A DNA stretch of 64,000 nucleotides from a virus, in IMG/VR virus record IMGVR_UViG_3300035142_000030, positions 1 to 64,000 of that record; one strand, written 5' to 3'. The notes under the pieces are model-generated. The model was given only the letters and a program-made list of their open reading frames with translations. It was not told the DNA's origin and did not search any database. A program made the position numbers and the translations under genes. This document shows positions 49,227-58,090 of this stretch, piece by piece (the first letter of the stretch is position 1; every line of letters starts with the position of its first letter).

Positions 49227-49396
49227 TTCTATATAATTTTATCTGTTAATAAACAATGTTCTAAAATTCCCATCCACTACTTGCCGTACCATTGTAACTC
49301 AATTGACAGCTCTCCATCCGCACAAGGCTTCCCATCCGCCCCGCAAAATACCAAAGCAATTGAGTTACAACGCTCGGAGTTCATTCGATGTAAAAA

Positions 49397-49651
49397 TTAT
49401 GAAACACCGAGTTTATGAGCTTCTTCATCAAATGCAATTTTTATATTTGTAATTTCAGTTTGAATTTCTAATAAAAGTTCATGAAATTCTTGTTGCTTAT
49501 CTTCAATTTGTTTGTCAGCAAATTGCATTTTTGAAATTATGTTCTCCTTATAAGCATAAGCAGAGTTCAAATCATTTTTTAATTTTGTGTGCTTAGCTTT
49601 AAGAACATCAAGTCTATTTAAGTAATTACCATACTGTTCTTGAAAATTCAT
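49397..49651 (-). CDS. Coiled-coil cassette protein
   Basis: 84 aa. Confidence 0.6.
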   Translation of the reverse strand: MNFQEQYGNYLNRLDVLKAKHTKLKNDLNSAYAYKENIISKMQFADKQIEDKQQEFHELLLEIQTEITNIKIAFDEEAHKLGVS

Positions 49652-49700
49652 AATTTTTACCTTTCTATATTTAAGTTTATAATGTTCGATACGTCACAGC

Positions 49701-49810
49701 GTACAACTACGTGTAATGCAGAATTGCTACAATCGAATGATGCCGATTTACGGCTTTACTTTGCCTTGCGGCAAATCGCCGCAACTCAGCATACACTCCG
49801 AGCGTTATGC
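49701..49810. repeat. attC-like site
   Basis: GTACAAC-TAC-GTGTAATGCAGAATTGC / GCAACTCAGCATACAC-TCCGAGC-GTTATGC. Confidence 0.75.
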
Positions 49811-49842
49811 GTAAAAATACCCGCATCCTAGTTCGCTAACGC

Positions 49843-49938
49843 TCACCCATCCGCATCCTCCCACTTATCAATATACAATTTTAGCTTATAAATAAGTATT
49901 CCTATTACAATTCCGATTCCTATTAATATTAAATTCAT
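49843..49938 (-). CDS. 31-aa single-TM micropeptide cassette gene
   Basis: MNLILIGIGIVIGILIYKLKLYIDKWEDADG; fills a body with 16-bp complementary ends. Confidence 0.55.
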   Translation of the reverse strand: MNLILIGIGIVIGILIYKLKLYIDKWEDADG

Positions 49939-50095
49939 ATCCAAATATTTTTACGCATAACACCAGAGAAAATATACCGTCCCGCAGGAGACGTTCTCCA
50001 GTATCTGCAAGTTTATATTCCTAATATTTCTACTCATAACTAAAAAATCATAGCACATTAAAATCAAAACTCTGTGTTTAATAAAATAAAGCCAA

Positions 50096-50446
50096 TTAAT
50101 ATATATTCTTTCTACCCCTGTCAGCGTGCAATGGTACTAAATGATCACACGAACCGCAAAAATGTTTAGCTTTAGTCTCCCAGTAAATTCCTTCAGAATG
50201 TGTATCAAAAAGCGAATTACAATTGCTACACATCTCAATATGGTCTGGTAGTAAAGGAAAATGTTCTTGTAAATAATAAATTATTGCAAACGCTTTTTTA
50301 GCTGTCATCTTTGGCTGATGCCCACGCTTAAAAGAAAGTTGTTCAGGTAATTCACCTTGTAAAAAATTGTAAAATTCTTCTATCCATTCAAGGTCTGTAT
50401 CAATCCTCTGATCATTATTTTTAAGCAATTTTATTTCATTGTACAT
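50096..50446 (-). CDS. Zn-binding hypothetical protein
   Basis: CSNC...CGSC; enclosed by an 18-bp inverted repeat. Confidence 0.6.
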   Translation of the reverse strand: MYNEIKLLKNNDQRIDTDLEWIEEFYNFLQGELPEQLSFKRGHQPKMTAKKAFAIIYYLQEHFPLLPDHIEMCSNCNSLFDTHSEGIYWETKAKHFCGSCDHLVPLHADRGRKNIY

Positions 50447-50586
50447 AAGGCTTTATTTTTAATTAGTACTAAATTTATAATCATATTTTACCTGTAATTT
50501 CATCAAGTTTCAATCAATGTTTTAATTTTACCGTCCCATATTTTCTCTGGTGTTAGAAAACATGCCGTTTCGAACGGACGCAAAAA

Positions 50587-50868
50587 TCATTTTGCTTTCT
50601 TATATTTAGAGCCTTTACTATTACAAAAATCACATATTGCATTGTTAGGTTTGTTAGATATACATGAACTGCAAAATTTCCATTTTTGCTCATGTTTTCT
50701 AACGGTTTCACGTTCGTTTGATATTAAAATTTGATTGATAAAGTCATTCAATTGGACTATAGCGTATTCAACAGACAACATATCTAATGTGTCTTCATCT
50801 CCAATTGTATCAAGTCTATCCATTAATATCTTACGTATTCCATCAGTATAATCTTTTTTATGTTTCAT
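50587..50868 (-). CDS. Cassette protein with Cys-rich C-terminus
   Basis: CSSC...CDFC. Confidence 0.6.
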   Translation of the reverse strand: MKHKKDYTDGIRKILMDRLDTIGDEDTLDMLSVEYAIVQLNDFINQILISNERETVRKHEQKWKFCSSCISNKPNNAICDFCNSKGSKYKKAK

Positions 50869-50926
50869 AATATCAAATTTTAATTATTAATACTAATTTA
50901 GTTTATCAATTCTCAACGTCACGATT

Positions 50927-51036
50927 TTCTAACCAACGTTTATGCTTAATTAAAGCTATCAAACGATGCTCCGTTAAAGCTTTTCTTGCGTTTCACGCAA
51001 CCGCTTTAACAAAGCATACACGTGAAACCGTTAGAG
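50927..51036. repeat. attC-like site
   Basis: TTCTAAC-CA-ACGTTTATGCTTAATTAAAGC / GCTTTAACAAAGCATACACGT-GAAACC-GTTAGAG. Confidence 0.8.
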
Positions 51037-51041
51037 TGCAT

Positions 51042-51329
51042 TTAATCCAAGTGAATAAGCATTTCTCCCCACGCACTTCTACCTTTCACTTTCGGTAGTG
51101 ATGTGTAGTGTAGTGTCATTCCTGTAAATTCACACTCTTTGTTATTTAAACTTTTTTTAACCATCCAGTCTTTTGCTTCTTTCCTTATAATATCATCTTC
51201 ATTGTTTCGATGCCAGCCCACGCTAATTATCAAATTACCAATTCTAATTTTACTAAGTGAAAAACGCACTCTAACAATAGATAAAATCCATTGCTTAAAA
51301 TGTGCTAATTCGTTACGTAAGTATTTCAT
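51042..51329 (-). CDS. Cassette protein starting inside an attC loop (MKYLRNELAHFKQWILSIVRVR)
   Basis: N-terminus homologous to that of the 31098 protein. Confidence 0.6.
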   Translation of the reverse strand: MKYLRNELAHFKQWILSIVRVRFSLSKIRIGNLIISVGWHRNNEDDIIRKEAKDWMVKKSLNNKECEFTGMTLHYTSLPKVKGRSAWGEMLIHLD

Positions 51330-51398
51330 ATCAATGTTTTTATAAGTTTGAAAATTCAGTTCATTAAATCGCAACGTATCTTATCAGAGCCGTTGCAC
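51269..51398. repeat. attC-like site homologous to 31027-31155
   Basis: CTCTAAC-AATA-GATAAAATCCATTGC / GCAACGTATCTTATC-AGAGCC-GTTGCAC. Confidence 0.8.
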
Positions 51399-51485
51399 AC
51401 AATGCCCCATCTAGGGGACGTGCGACTCGCTATCGCTCCTGTCGCACTCATTGTGTGCAACAGTTTGGCGTTAGCTTGTAAATAA

Positions 51486-51662
51486 TTATTCGCTCAGTAC
51501 TTCTAAACTATAAGATGATACATAATCAATCTTTTTACCAACTATTACAACTGCATACGGTATATCATCAGCTCCCCGCACGTATCCATCAATGTATCCA
51601 ACATCTCCAACCTTAAACATCATATGTTGGTATTCTTTAATAATTTTAACTTTTGTCTTCAT
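51486..51662 (-). CDS. 58-aa hypothetical cassette protein (MKTKVKIIKEY...)
   Basis: Translated by hand; below the track cutoff. Confidence 0.6.
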   Translation of the reverse strand: MKTKVKIIKEYQHMMFKVGDVGYIDGYVRGADDIPYAVVIVGKKIDYVSSYSLEVLSE

Positions 51663-51697
51663 AATTATTTATTTAGTTATTTGTTAATTTCTGCTTA

Positions 51698-51868
51698 CTA
51701 GATGGTGCACAATGTGCAACTAGCGTTTATGCGTAATTGTAATAGGCAATTTCCAATCTCCCAGTAACTTGCGCCTAAACGTTCCAATATCATTTCAGCT
51801 TTCTCAAAGCTCCAACTTTTATAACATTGATAAAAGTTCCCTTTATAGGTATACATTATATGAATCAT
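51698..51868 (-). CDS. Hypothetical protein (start MIHIMYTYKG)
   Basis: AAATTATG context; C-terminus reads through an attC-like arm. Confidence 0.45.
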   Translation of the reverse strand: MIHIMYTYKGNFYQCYKSWSFEKAEMILERLGASYWEIGNCLLQLRINASCTLCTI

Positions 51869-51985
51869 AATTTTATATTTAAAGTTTGTACTAAATTTTA
51901 ACAATACCCTAAAAATCCTTCCCATATCTTTCGGAGTGTTATGGCTCAATTTCGCTACGCTCTACGATGACTTCATTTAATTGAG

Positions 51986-52171
51986 CCATAACGAGACAAC
52001 GTATGAAGTACAGGCTCAGTGTACTATATTAATTCTATTTTAATTTATCCGCTCAACTAGAGCATAACTACATATAAGCGTAATACTATGAGCCTTACTT
52101 CAAAGCTCTCAGAATATTTCACCGATAAAAATCGGCTCATATTCCTACGCTTATACGTTGTCTCGTTAGTA
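51986..52171. repeat. attC-like site with perfect 16-bp outer arms (right edge of array 2)
   Basis: TAACGAGACAACGTAT / ATACGTTGTCTCGTTA, plus inner TGAAGTA..AGGCTCA / TGAGCCTTACTTCA pairing. Confidence 0.75.
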
Positions 52172-52253
52172 GCAAGCGGGTTCAGTTCTCGTATCAAACA
52201 TTGTGCGTATTTGAAAGAAAAAGAAAAGCCCCGCCCGCTTTTGGCAAAGCCAA

Positions 52254-52868
52254 TTAGGATAAAGCTGCAAGTAGTTCAGTTACCCACTTATTTGAATCTT
52301 CACATCTTTTCAATTCTGCATTGTGTTCTTTTGTGTGGTATTCAATATCCCAGTTGGCATCTGCAATCATATCCTTTCTAATATCAGCAGCATTTATGTT
52401 TTCTAATTGAGAATCTATCTTGCTTAACTCATCATCGTGGTACTTTGTGTCTCCATCGTGGTCAATAGTTGTCACTATCTGTTCAATCATAAATTTAGCA
52501 ATTCCTTCGTGGTCTTTTGTTGGTGGTTTGAAATCCCTTGCTTTAATTAAAAACTCATCAAGTTTAACCCTTGCTTTTTTTATTTCCTTAATTCTTTCGG
52601 TGTGATAGGTTCTACTTTCTTTTATCTGTTTTTTGCGAGAGGCAATTATTTCAGAATCGGTAAGTTTCTCAGCTTGATTTAATTTTTCATTAGCTGTTTT
52701 TAACGCTTTAATATGGTAATCGCTCGGCGTTCTTGGCACGTACTCTTTATTCATACTTTCATCTCTCATATGTATAGTTGCTCCAAAAGCTCTCATACAT
52801 TGTTTTGCAAAATCTTGGAATGTTTCGGTTGTGCCGTCAATAATTCCTGCTGTGTAACCTGTTGGCAT
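52254..52868 (-). CDS. Conserved-looking phage protein (MPTGYTA...)
   Basis: 204 aa, helical. Confidence 0.65.
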   Translation of the reverse strand: MPTGYTAGIIDGTTETFQDFAKQCMRAFGATIHMRDESMNKEYVPRTPSDYHIKALKTANEKLNQAEKLTDSEIIASRKKQIKESRTYHTERIKEIKKARVKLDEFLIKARDFKPPTKDHEGIAKFMIEQIVTTIDHDGDTKYHDDELSKIDSQLENINAADIRKDMIADANWDIEYHTKEHNAELKRCEDSNKWVTELLAALS

Positions 52869-52914
52869 AATTTCTAATATTTAGTTATTAATAAAATTCT
52901 TTTTCCCACAAGCA

Positions 52915-53262
52915 TCAATCAAAATAAATGACTTGCTTAAATTTAGGTTCAACAAACTCAACTTTATATTCCGTATGTGGAAATTTAGATTGAACTTTTA
53001 TGTATTTGTCATTTATTTTTAATATGCTAAAATCATAATGTTCAAATGTTTCAACGTATAACTCTTTTAAATAAGTCTTATCCATAGCCCACACACAAAC
53101 TTCTTCTAACATCCACATAGCTGTATATAAGTCATTAGCTACATAAGTCAAAAACTTATTTTTAGTATCAGTTAAACTACATTTATCTCTATCAATTTTA
53201 TCCCAATGTTTATTTGCAAATTCATACATATATTCACAAATAAGTTTTTCTTCTGGTTTCAT
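52915..53262 (-). CDS. Hypothetical protein
   Basis: 115 aa. Confidence 0.55.
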   Translation of the reverse strand: MKPEEKLICEYMYEFANKHWDKIDRDKCSLTDTKNKFLTYVANDLYTAMWMLEEVCVWAMDKTYLKELYVETFEHYDFSILKINDKYIKVQSKFPHTEYKVEFVEPKFKQVIYFD

Positions 53263-53295
53263 AATTCTATAATATTTTATTTTTAGTTTAATAAA

Positions 53296-53553
53296 TCATA
53301 AATTTCGTTGTTTCTGAATGTTAATGTCAGATTTACGCTGTGTTCTGTACTCTCCATCTATTTCAAATATTTCTAGATTATTATATATTTTATGTTTAGG
53401 CTTAATCCCATCACGTACTCTAAACCATCCCATAATAGTATCACGAGGTATATTTAATAAATCCCTTAAAACACCTTTATTTTTACATAGATATTGTTCT
53501 CCTGTACTACGGTCTCTTACAAATACTTTAGTAGTTCTTCTAAATATTATCAT
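53296..53553 (-). CDS. Hypothetical HTH-like protein
   Basis: 85 aa, LRDLLNIPRDTIMGWF. Confidence 0.45.
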   Translation of the reverse strand: MIIFRRTTKVFVRDRSTGEQYLCKNKGVLRDLLNIPRDTIMGWFRVRDGIKPKHKIYNNLEIFEIDGEYRTQRKSDINIQKQRNL

Positions 53554-54080
53554 TTTCTTATTTGTGTAAGTGGATTAATATACTTTAGTCCCTCTTTCAT
53601 CCTATCGTGGAATTGCCTATTAAGGTATGATTGCCTGGGGTTGTTCCCAAATTTAGCAATTATCATTGCCCTCACTGCTTCTTTTGATATGCCAAGCTCT
53701 TTACCTATTTTAGTATACCACCAACGCTTATTGGTAAATAGATGATATGCCTTCTCTTTAATATCGTTGGGTATCTCTTTACCTTCAATGTTAAGTGTTA
53801 GATTCTCTTTATCGTTGTTTTGGATATCTCCGTCTTTATGTATCACTTTAGCGTGAGGGTTGAATATTCCATAAAACATCAAATATTTGAACTCATCTAC
53901 CGACACATCCACACGAAGCGAATAACCGAGCATTAATCGGTAGATGTATTTCTTATTTATAAACATCACTTTTACGGGTCTTTTCTGCTTTGTATTTAAT
54001 AGCTCTTCTTTTTTAGTGTCAAAGGTATACTTACCGATAGAAAGTGCCCCTAAACAAACGTACTGAGTTTTTAAATCCAT
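53550..54080 (-). CDS. Degenerate HNH plus HTH protein
   Basis: VIHKDGDIQNNDKENL; IGKELGISKEAVR. Confidence 0.6.
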   Translation of the reverse strand: MDLKTQYVCLGALSIGKYTFDTKKEELLNTKQKRPVKVMFINKKYIYRLMLGYSLRVDVSVDEFKYLMFYGIFNPHAKVIHKDGDIQNNDKENLTLNIEGKEIPNDIKEKAYHLFTNKRWWYTKIGKELGISKEAVRAMIIAKFGNNPRQSYLNRQFHDRMKEGLKYINPLTQIRK

Positions 54081-54081
54081 G

Positions 54082-54531
54082 TTATTTATTTAAAGTTTTA
54101 ATTACTTGTCTGTAGATCTCTTTAAGAGATTCTACAGGAACGTATTTTCTCCATTTATCTCCGAATATATCAGGAAAAATATTTATTCCTTTAAAATATA
54201 AAGAGCACGCATCAGAGAATAGATAGTCACTATCAAAGTGTTTATGGAACTCCTGTTTTTCATCCATAAACCCCCTATAAAAGTTAAATAGTATAGATTT
54301 TCTATTATATACTTTGCAAGGATCAAGATTACATCCTTTTAATATTCCTTTCTCATACACAAATCTTGCATAGTCACCAAGCTCATGCATATCAGTAAAA
54401 AAAACCTTTGGATGTGTCTGTTTAGAAGATATGAACTTAAAGATTTCGCTCCAGCAATGAGAAATTACAGTCTTAGGAATATCTTTTCTTCTGGATACTA
54501 TTTGAATAGTTGTTGGATGTAGTAGCCTCAT
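54082..54531 (-). CDS. Hypothetical protein
   Basis: 149 aa. Confidence 0.5.
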   Translation of the reverse strand: MRLLHPTTIQIVSRRKDIPKTVISHCWSEIFKFISSKQTHPKVFFTDMHELGDYARFVYEKGILKGCNLDPCKVYNRKSILFNFYRGFMDEKQEFHKHFDSDYLFSDACSLYFKGINIFPDIFGDKWRKYVPVESLKEIYRQVIKTLNK

Positions 54532-54583
54532 AACTATAATTTTTGTGCAAGATACAATTAATTTTCATAAAAGTCAAATAGTA

Positions 54584-54796
54584 TTACAAATAATCTAAAA
54601 TTAACTTAAACATTATCTGACTATTAAAGTTGTTTAAAGAGTCTTTATTCCTATAAACATAGACTAAGAATTGTTTTCTCTGTAGGACATTTAATTGAGA
54701 TACCCCCATCTCAAATCCTATATAATCTTGATCCTTAAAAATATCAATTAAAGAATCAAAATATAAATCCTGTTGTTCTTTTGAATCGAATCTCAT
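54584..54796 (-). CDS. Hypothetical early protein
   Basis: 70 aa. Confidence 0.5.
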   Translation of the reverse strand: MRFDSKEQQDLYFDSLIDIFKDQDYIGFEMGVSQLNVLQRKQFLVYVYRNKDSLNNFNSQIMFKLILDYL

Positions 54797-54988
54797 AAAA
54801 TGCTTTTTTAATAGTTAGTATTTTTATTTTGCTTTTTATATTCCTTTTAAAATATTAGTTTCATTGTTAATATTAAGAAGAACGCATTAAATTCTAATTT
54901 GCGTTTAAAATTATTAACCATCTCTTATTGTCAATATGTAATTTTGCGTCATTGTTAAGTATTATAATCAAATCTTAGTTACCTTTAT

Positions 54989-55186
54989 TTACCCATTAGA
55001 ACGTATATAATACAAGTTAGTGCATTTTGATATATACATACTACTTTCAATAGTTATTGGATTAGAAGCGTTAAAATGTGCCTTAATTAGTTTACTAAAC
55101 ATATAACTATCTATTTTATGATATTCTGGTATTAAATGCCCATATATAGATAGTATCTTTTTTATATGTTCCTTATCTAGTTTCAT
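54989..55186 (-). CDS. Hypothetical early protein
   Basis: 65 aa. Confidence 0.45.
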   Translation of the reverse strand: MKLDKEHIKKILSIYGHLIPEYHKIDSYMFSKLIKAHFNASNPITIESSMYISKCTNLYYIRSNG

Positions 55187-55238
55187 AATCTGAGAATTAT
55201 AATTCTTTTGCGTTTCCCATTTTATCGATGATTTTTAG

Positions 55239-55445
55239 TTAATATTTAAGTAATTCATTATTTAAGCCGTCTATACGACCTTTACAAAACTTAATCTGCT
55301 CGTTTATTTTGTGATATGTATCACAAGCAAAATTACCGTGAAGATTTACGTCAGTATTATATATTCCTTTTATTTTTTTCAAAGCAGCAATACTTTTTTC
55401 ATATTTTCGAATATTTTCTTTAATAATTAATTTTCTTGGTTTCAT
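55239..55445 (-). CDS. Hypothetical early protein
   Basis: 68 aa, AAAATTATGAAA start. Confidence 0.5.
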   Translation of the reverse strand: MKPRKLIIKENIRKYEKSIAALKKIKGIYNTDVNLHGNFACDTYHKINEQIKFCKGRIDGLNNELLKY

Positions 55446-55588
55446 AATTTTAATATTTAAATTTATTTTTAGTTAATACTTCGGTTATAGATATAACGGT
55501 TTCTATTCGTTAATATATAGTATATAACAATTAATTGAATAGTGTATCAATTCAGAGGGTTTAAACGTCCTTTATTCGTAAAGGCAGA

Positions 55589-55852
55589 TTAATAAAATTT
55601 AACTATATTTATACAATACATTAACGACCAAGTTTTGAAACCGTAACAAATTGCCTGGATTTTGCTTTTAATCTGATTTTTTAGCCTCTTTTCTGTCTCT
55701 TTTGGTTTAGTTTCGATATAATCAAACTCTGCTGTGCTAGACAATAAACAGCTATGTGTTATTGGGGTGAGATTAAAGCCAAAACAATGCAACATTGGAA
55801 AGGATTTTTCCAATAACACAAGCTGAATATTTAGTTTCTTTGTATTCTGCAT
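55589..55852 (-). CDS. Hypothetical early protein
   Basis: 87 aa; TATATTTG on the minus strand at 55875-55882. Confidence 0.45.
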   Translation of the reverse strand: MQNTKKLNIQLVLLEKSFPMLHCFGFNLTPITHSCLLSSTAEFDYIETKPKETEKRLKNQIKSKIQAICYGFKTWSLMYCINIVKFY

Positions 55853-55978
55853 TATTTTAACTTAATCTCAAATGCAAATATACAAAATATATCAATACCC
55901 TATTTTTTAGTAAATGTAAGAACGTTTGTTTAATATTTTTTATCTGTTCATTGTCGCTGAACAAACAAAATAAATGAA

Positions 55979-56167
55979 CTAATAAGCTAAATTATAATAA
56001 ATAGATGGTTCGCTAGTCACATTATATATATAACTTCCACACTTAACAAGAAGAACATCTTTACCATAATATTTATCTTTCATTCCTTTTATACTGCCTG
56101 ATGCGCTAAAATTAGGTAAATCCTTTACTTTGTCGTAAAATTCAGCTTTTAAATATTTTGTTTTCAT
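55979..56167 (-). CDS. Hypothetical early protein
   Basis: 62 aa, AAATTATGAAA start. Confidence 0.55.
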   Translation of the reverse strand: MKTKYLKAEFYDKVKDLPNFSASGSIKGMKDKYYGKDVLLVKCGSYIYNVTSEPSIYYNLAY

Positions 56168-56194
56168 AATTTCATAATTTTAGTTAATAATTTT

Positions 56195-56256
56195 GCGCCC
56201 CTATACCGAATCGAACGGCCTTCCTTATTATTTCGGACACTCCAAGTATTAGAGGC
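56195..56256 (-). ncRNA. Minimal tRNA-like element
   Basis: Acceptor GCCTCTA/TAGGGGC, D-like ATAC-TTGGA-GTGT, T arm GCCG-TTCGATT-CGGT; anticodon arm degenerate. Confidence 0.5.
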
Positions 56257-56365
56257 TTATTTTTAGCCTAAATAATGAACCATTAAACCAAACAGATATA
56301 AAACTATCAGAATAGATAAAAATATCATTAAATAGGCTAATATATAGTTAAATTTGTGTTTCATT

Positions 56366-56644
56366 TTATAACATCTTACTTTTGCATCCTTGATAAGTAT
56401 AATTTGTGTGTAGTAATTCGTCTTCTGATACTTCAAACACAGCTACGTGATTTGTGTCTTCACAAAAGTGCTTATACTCCCAAGCTTGTTTTGCTGTTTC
56501 TGGTTCGTTGTCCGTGCCTTCCGGGCAGAAGTCTGTTTCTTCATACATTCTTTTAAATTCCTGTTCAATTTCTTGTAAATTATCACTTGCAAACACTTCT
56601 TTTGCAATTTGTTGTCCCGATTTATAAATTCCTATTTTATACAT
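56366..56644 (-). CDS. Hypothetical early protein
   Basis: 92 aa. Confidence 0.55.
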   Translation of the reverse strand: MYKIGIYKSGQQIAKEVFASDNLQEIEQEFKRMYEETDFCPEGTDNEPETAKQAWEYKHFCEDTNHVAVFEVSEDELLHTNYTYQGCKSKML

Positions 56645-56846
56645 AACATTAAATCTTTTAAGGGTTAAAAAATAATACTAAGAATAGTTAAGCCAATTAT
56701 AAATGATAATACAATAGCTTTTAATGTACGAACATTCTTTTTAGTAATTAGTTCGTGTTGCTTTTTGAGTTCCATAACAGATATATTATTGTTATCTGCT
56801 ATAATTCTTAATTCTTGTTTAGTTAAGTTTTTCATAGTTGTATAGT

Positions 56847-57071
56847 TTAGTGTAAAACTTTATGTAATATTTTACCATTCCTTAAATAATTAAAATAGTT
56901 ATCGTGAGAATCGTAAGGAAATAAACTATTTCCTTTATTGTCCTGTGTAATTTTACAACCACATACATAGTCTATATGTATTTGTAGTTGTTTTAAACTA
57001 AATTTTGGATGTACATTGTCGTTAAAACTATCAAGACAATCAATAATGTGTTTATCGTTTATAATTTTCAT
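56847..57071 (-). CDS. Hypothetical early protein
   Basis: 74 aa, TAATG-coupled. Confidence 0.5.
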   Translation of the reverse strand: MKIINDKHIIDCLDSFNDNVHPKFSLKQLQIHIDYVCGCKITQDNKGNSLFPYDSHDNYFNYLRNGKILHKVLH

Positions 57072-57733
57072 TATATTTTAGATATTTCAAAAACATCAAA
57101 AGTTTTTCCGCTTGCAATAGTTTTAAAACTAAAACCTACTTTTTGCATAATATCATCATAACAAGAAACGCCTACACCACCTTCTAAATGTGGTAAAATA
57201 CCATAACCAATACCATAACTAAATAATTCATGATTTTTAGTCTCAATATTAATATCTTTTAAAGTATAAAGTAATTTTCTAAAAGATAAACTTTGATTTA
57301 CTGCTTTTGCTACTGCTACACTTTCCTTGTCATAGCCGCACCCAGAAATAGAACCAGAGTTAAAATGCTCGCATGTTCCATCGGTATAAAATACTGTTGC
57401 TTCTGCTGTTGGATTTTTCCCCCACATTTGGGACTTTTTCCACTCAACACTAATTGTAATGATTTTTAATTCTTTTGCGCTTTTAACTTGTTCAATGTGG
57501 CTTAATTGATCATTTAGTTTTTTAGCAGCTTTTTTATTTAATCTTTTAATTAAATAGTCTTTTAATTGGTCAACATTTTCCCAATCTCTATTCCTACTAC
57601 TTGCAGGTATTAAATTATTGTAATACCATTTATTAAGAATATCCTTTATTGATGTTTCTTTTTTAAGATCGCTTAAACTCTCGTTTAACTCTCTTTTATT
57701 TTCTTCTGTGATGTGATTAATTAAATTTTTCAT
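57071..57733 (-). CDS. Conserved-looking phage early protein
   Basis: 220 aa; SISGCGYDKESVAVA and EGGVGVSC motifs; first gene of the leftward block. Confidence 0.6.
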   Translation of the reverse strand: MKNLINHITEENKRELNESLSDLKKETSIKDILNKWYYNNLIPASSRNRDWENVDQLKDYLIKRLNKKAAKKLNDQLSHIEQVKSAKELKIITISVEWKKSQMWGKNPTAEATVFYTDGTCEHFNSGSISGCGYDKESVAVAKAVNQSLSFRKLLYTLKDINIETKNHELFSYGIGYGILPHLEGGVGVSCYDDIMQKVGFSFKTIASGKTFDVFEISKI

Positions 57734-58044
57734 AGCTGTAAATTTTAGTTGTTTAAATCTTTAGCAATATTACAACCGATATTTCAAAAAAACAAATTTA
57801 TTTTTAATGATTTTGTAAAATATTTTAAGGCCATTAATTAAAATACGCATAAATAAAGGCTTTAAACCATAAACATAGAATGATTTTAAATTAATAAATC
57901 TTTAAGGGACATAAACACACCTTATATATATAAGAACTAATACGCATGAAAAAATAATGCCCTGAAACCATTATAAAGTATAAAAAAATGAAAATAAATT
58001 AAAAATAATTAATAAAATACTTGACTTATATAATAATTTATTTA

Positions 58045-58052
58045 TACATTTG
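58045..58052 (+). promoter_or_regulatory. -7 promoter element TACATTTG
   Basis: TAnnTTTG with CTTG about 25 nt upstream. Confidence 0.55.
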
Positions 58053-58090
58053 CAGAATAAAACTAAATATTAATTTAAAACTATAGAGAT

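Noticed and set aside
48884-50555. IS or MITE terminal inverted repeats
   Set aside because: No transposase, no flanking target-site duplications, every pair has a different sequence and interlocks with the next at the core
45604-52171. CRISPR array or ordinary terminators as the explanation for the hairpins
   Set aside because: Repeats are not identical or evenly spaced and no cas genes are seen; the hairpins lack T tails, often enclose start codons, and always end in AAC/GTT-type cores
48656-52605. Plus-strand ORFs 48656, 49215, 49640, 51139, 52088, 52420
   Set aside because: Antisense to real genes or read through GC-richer repeat arms
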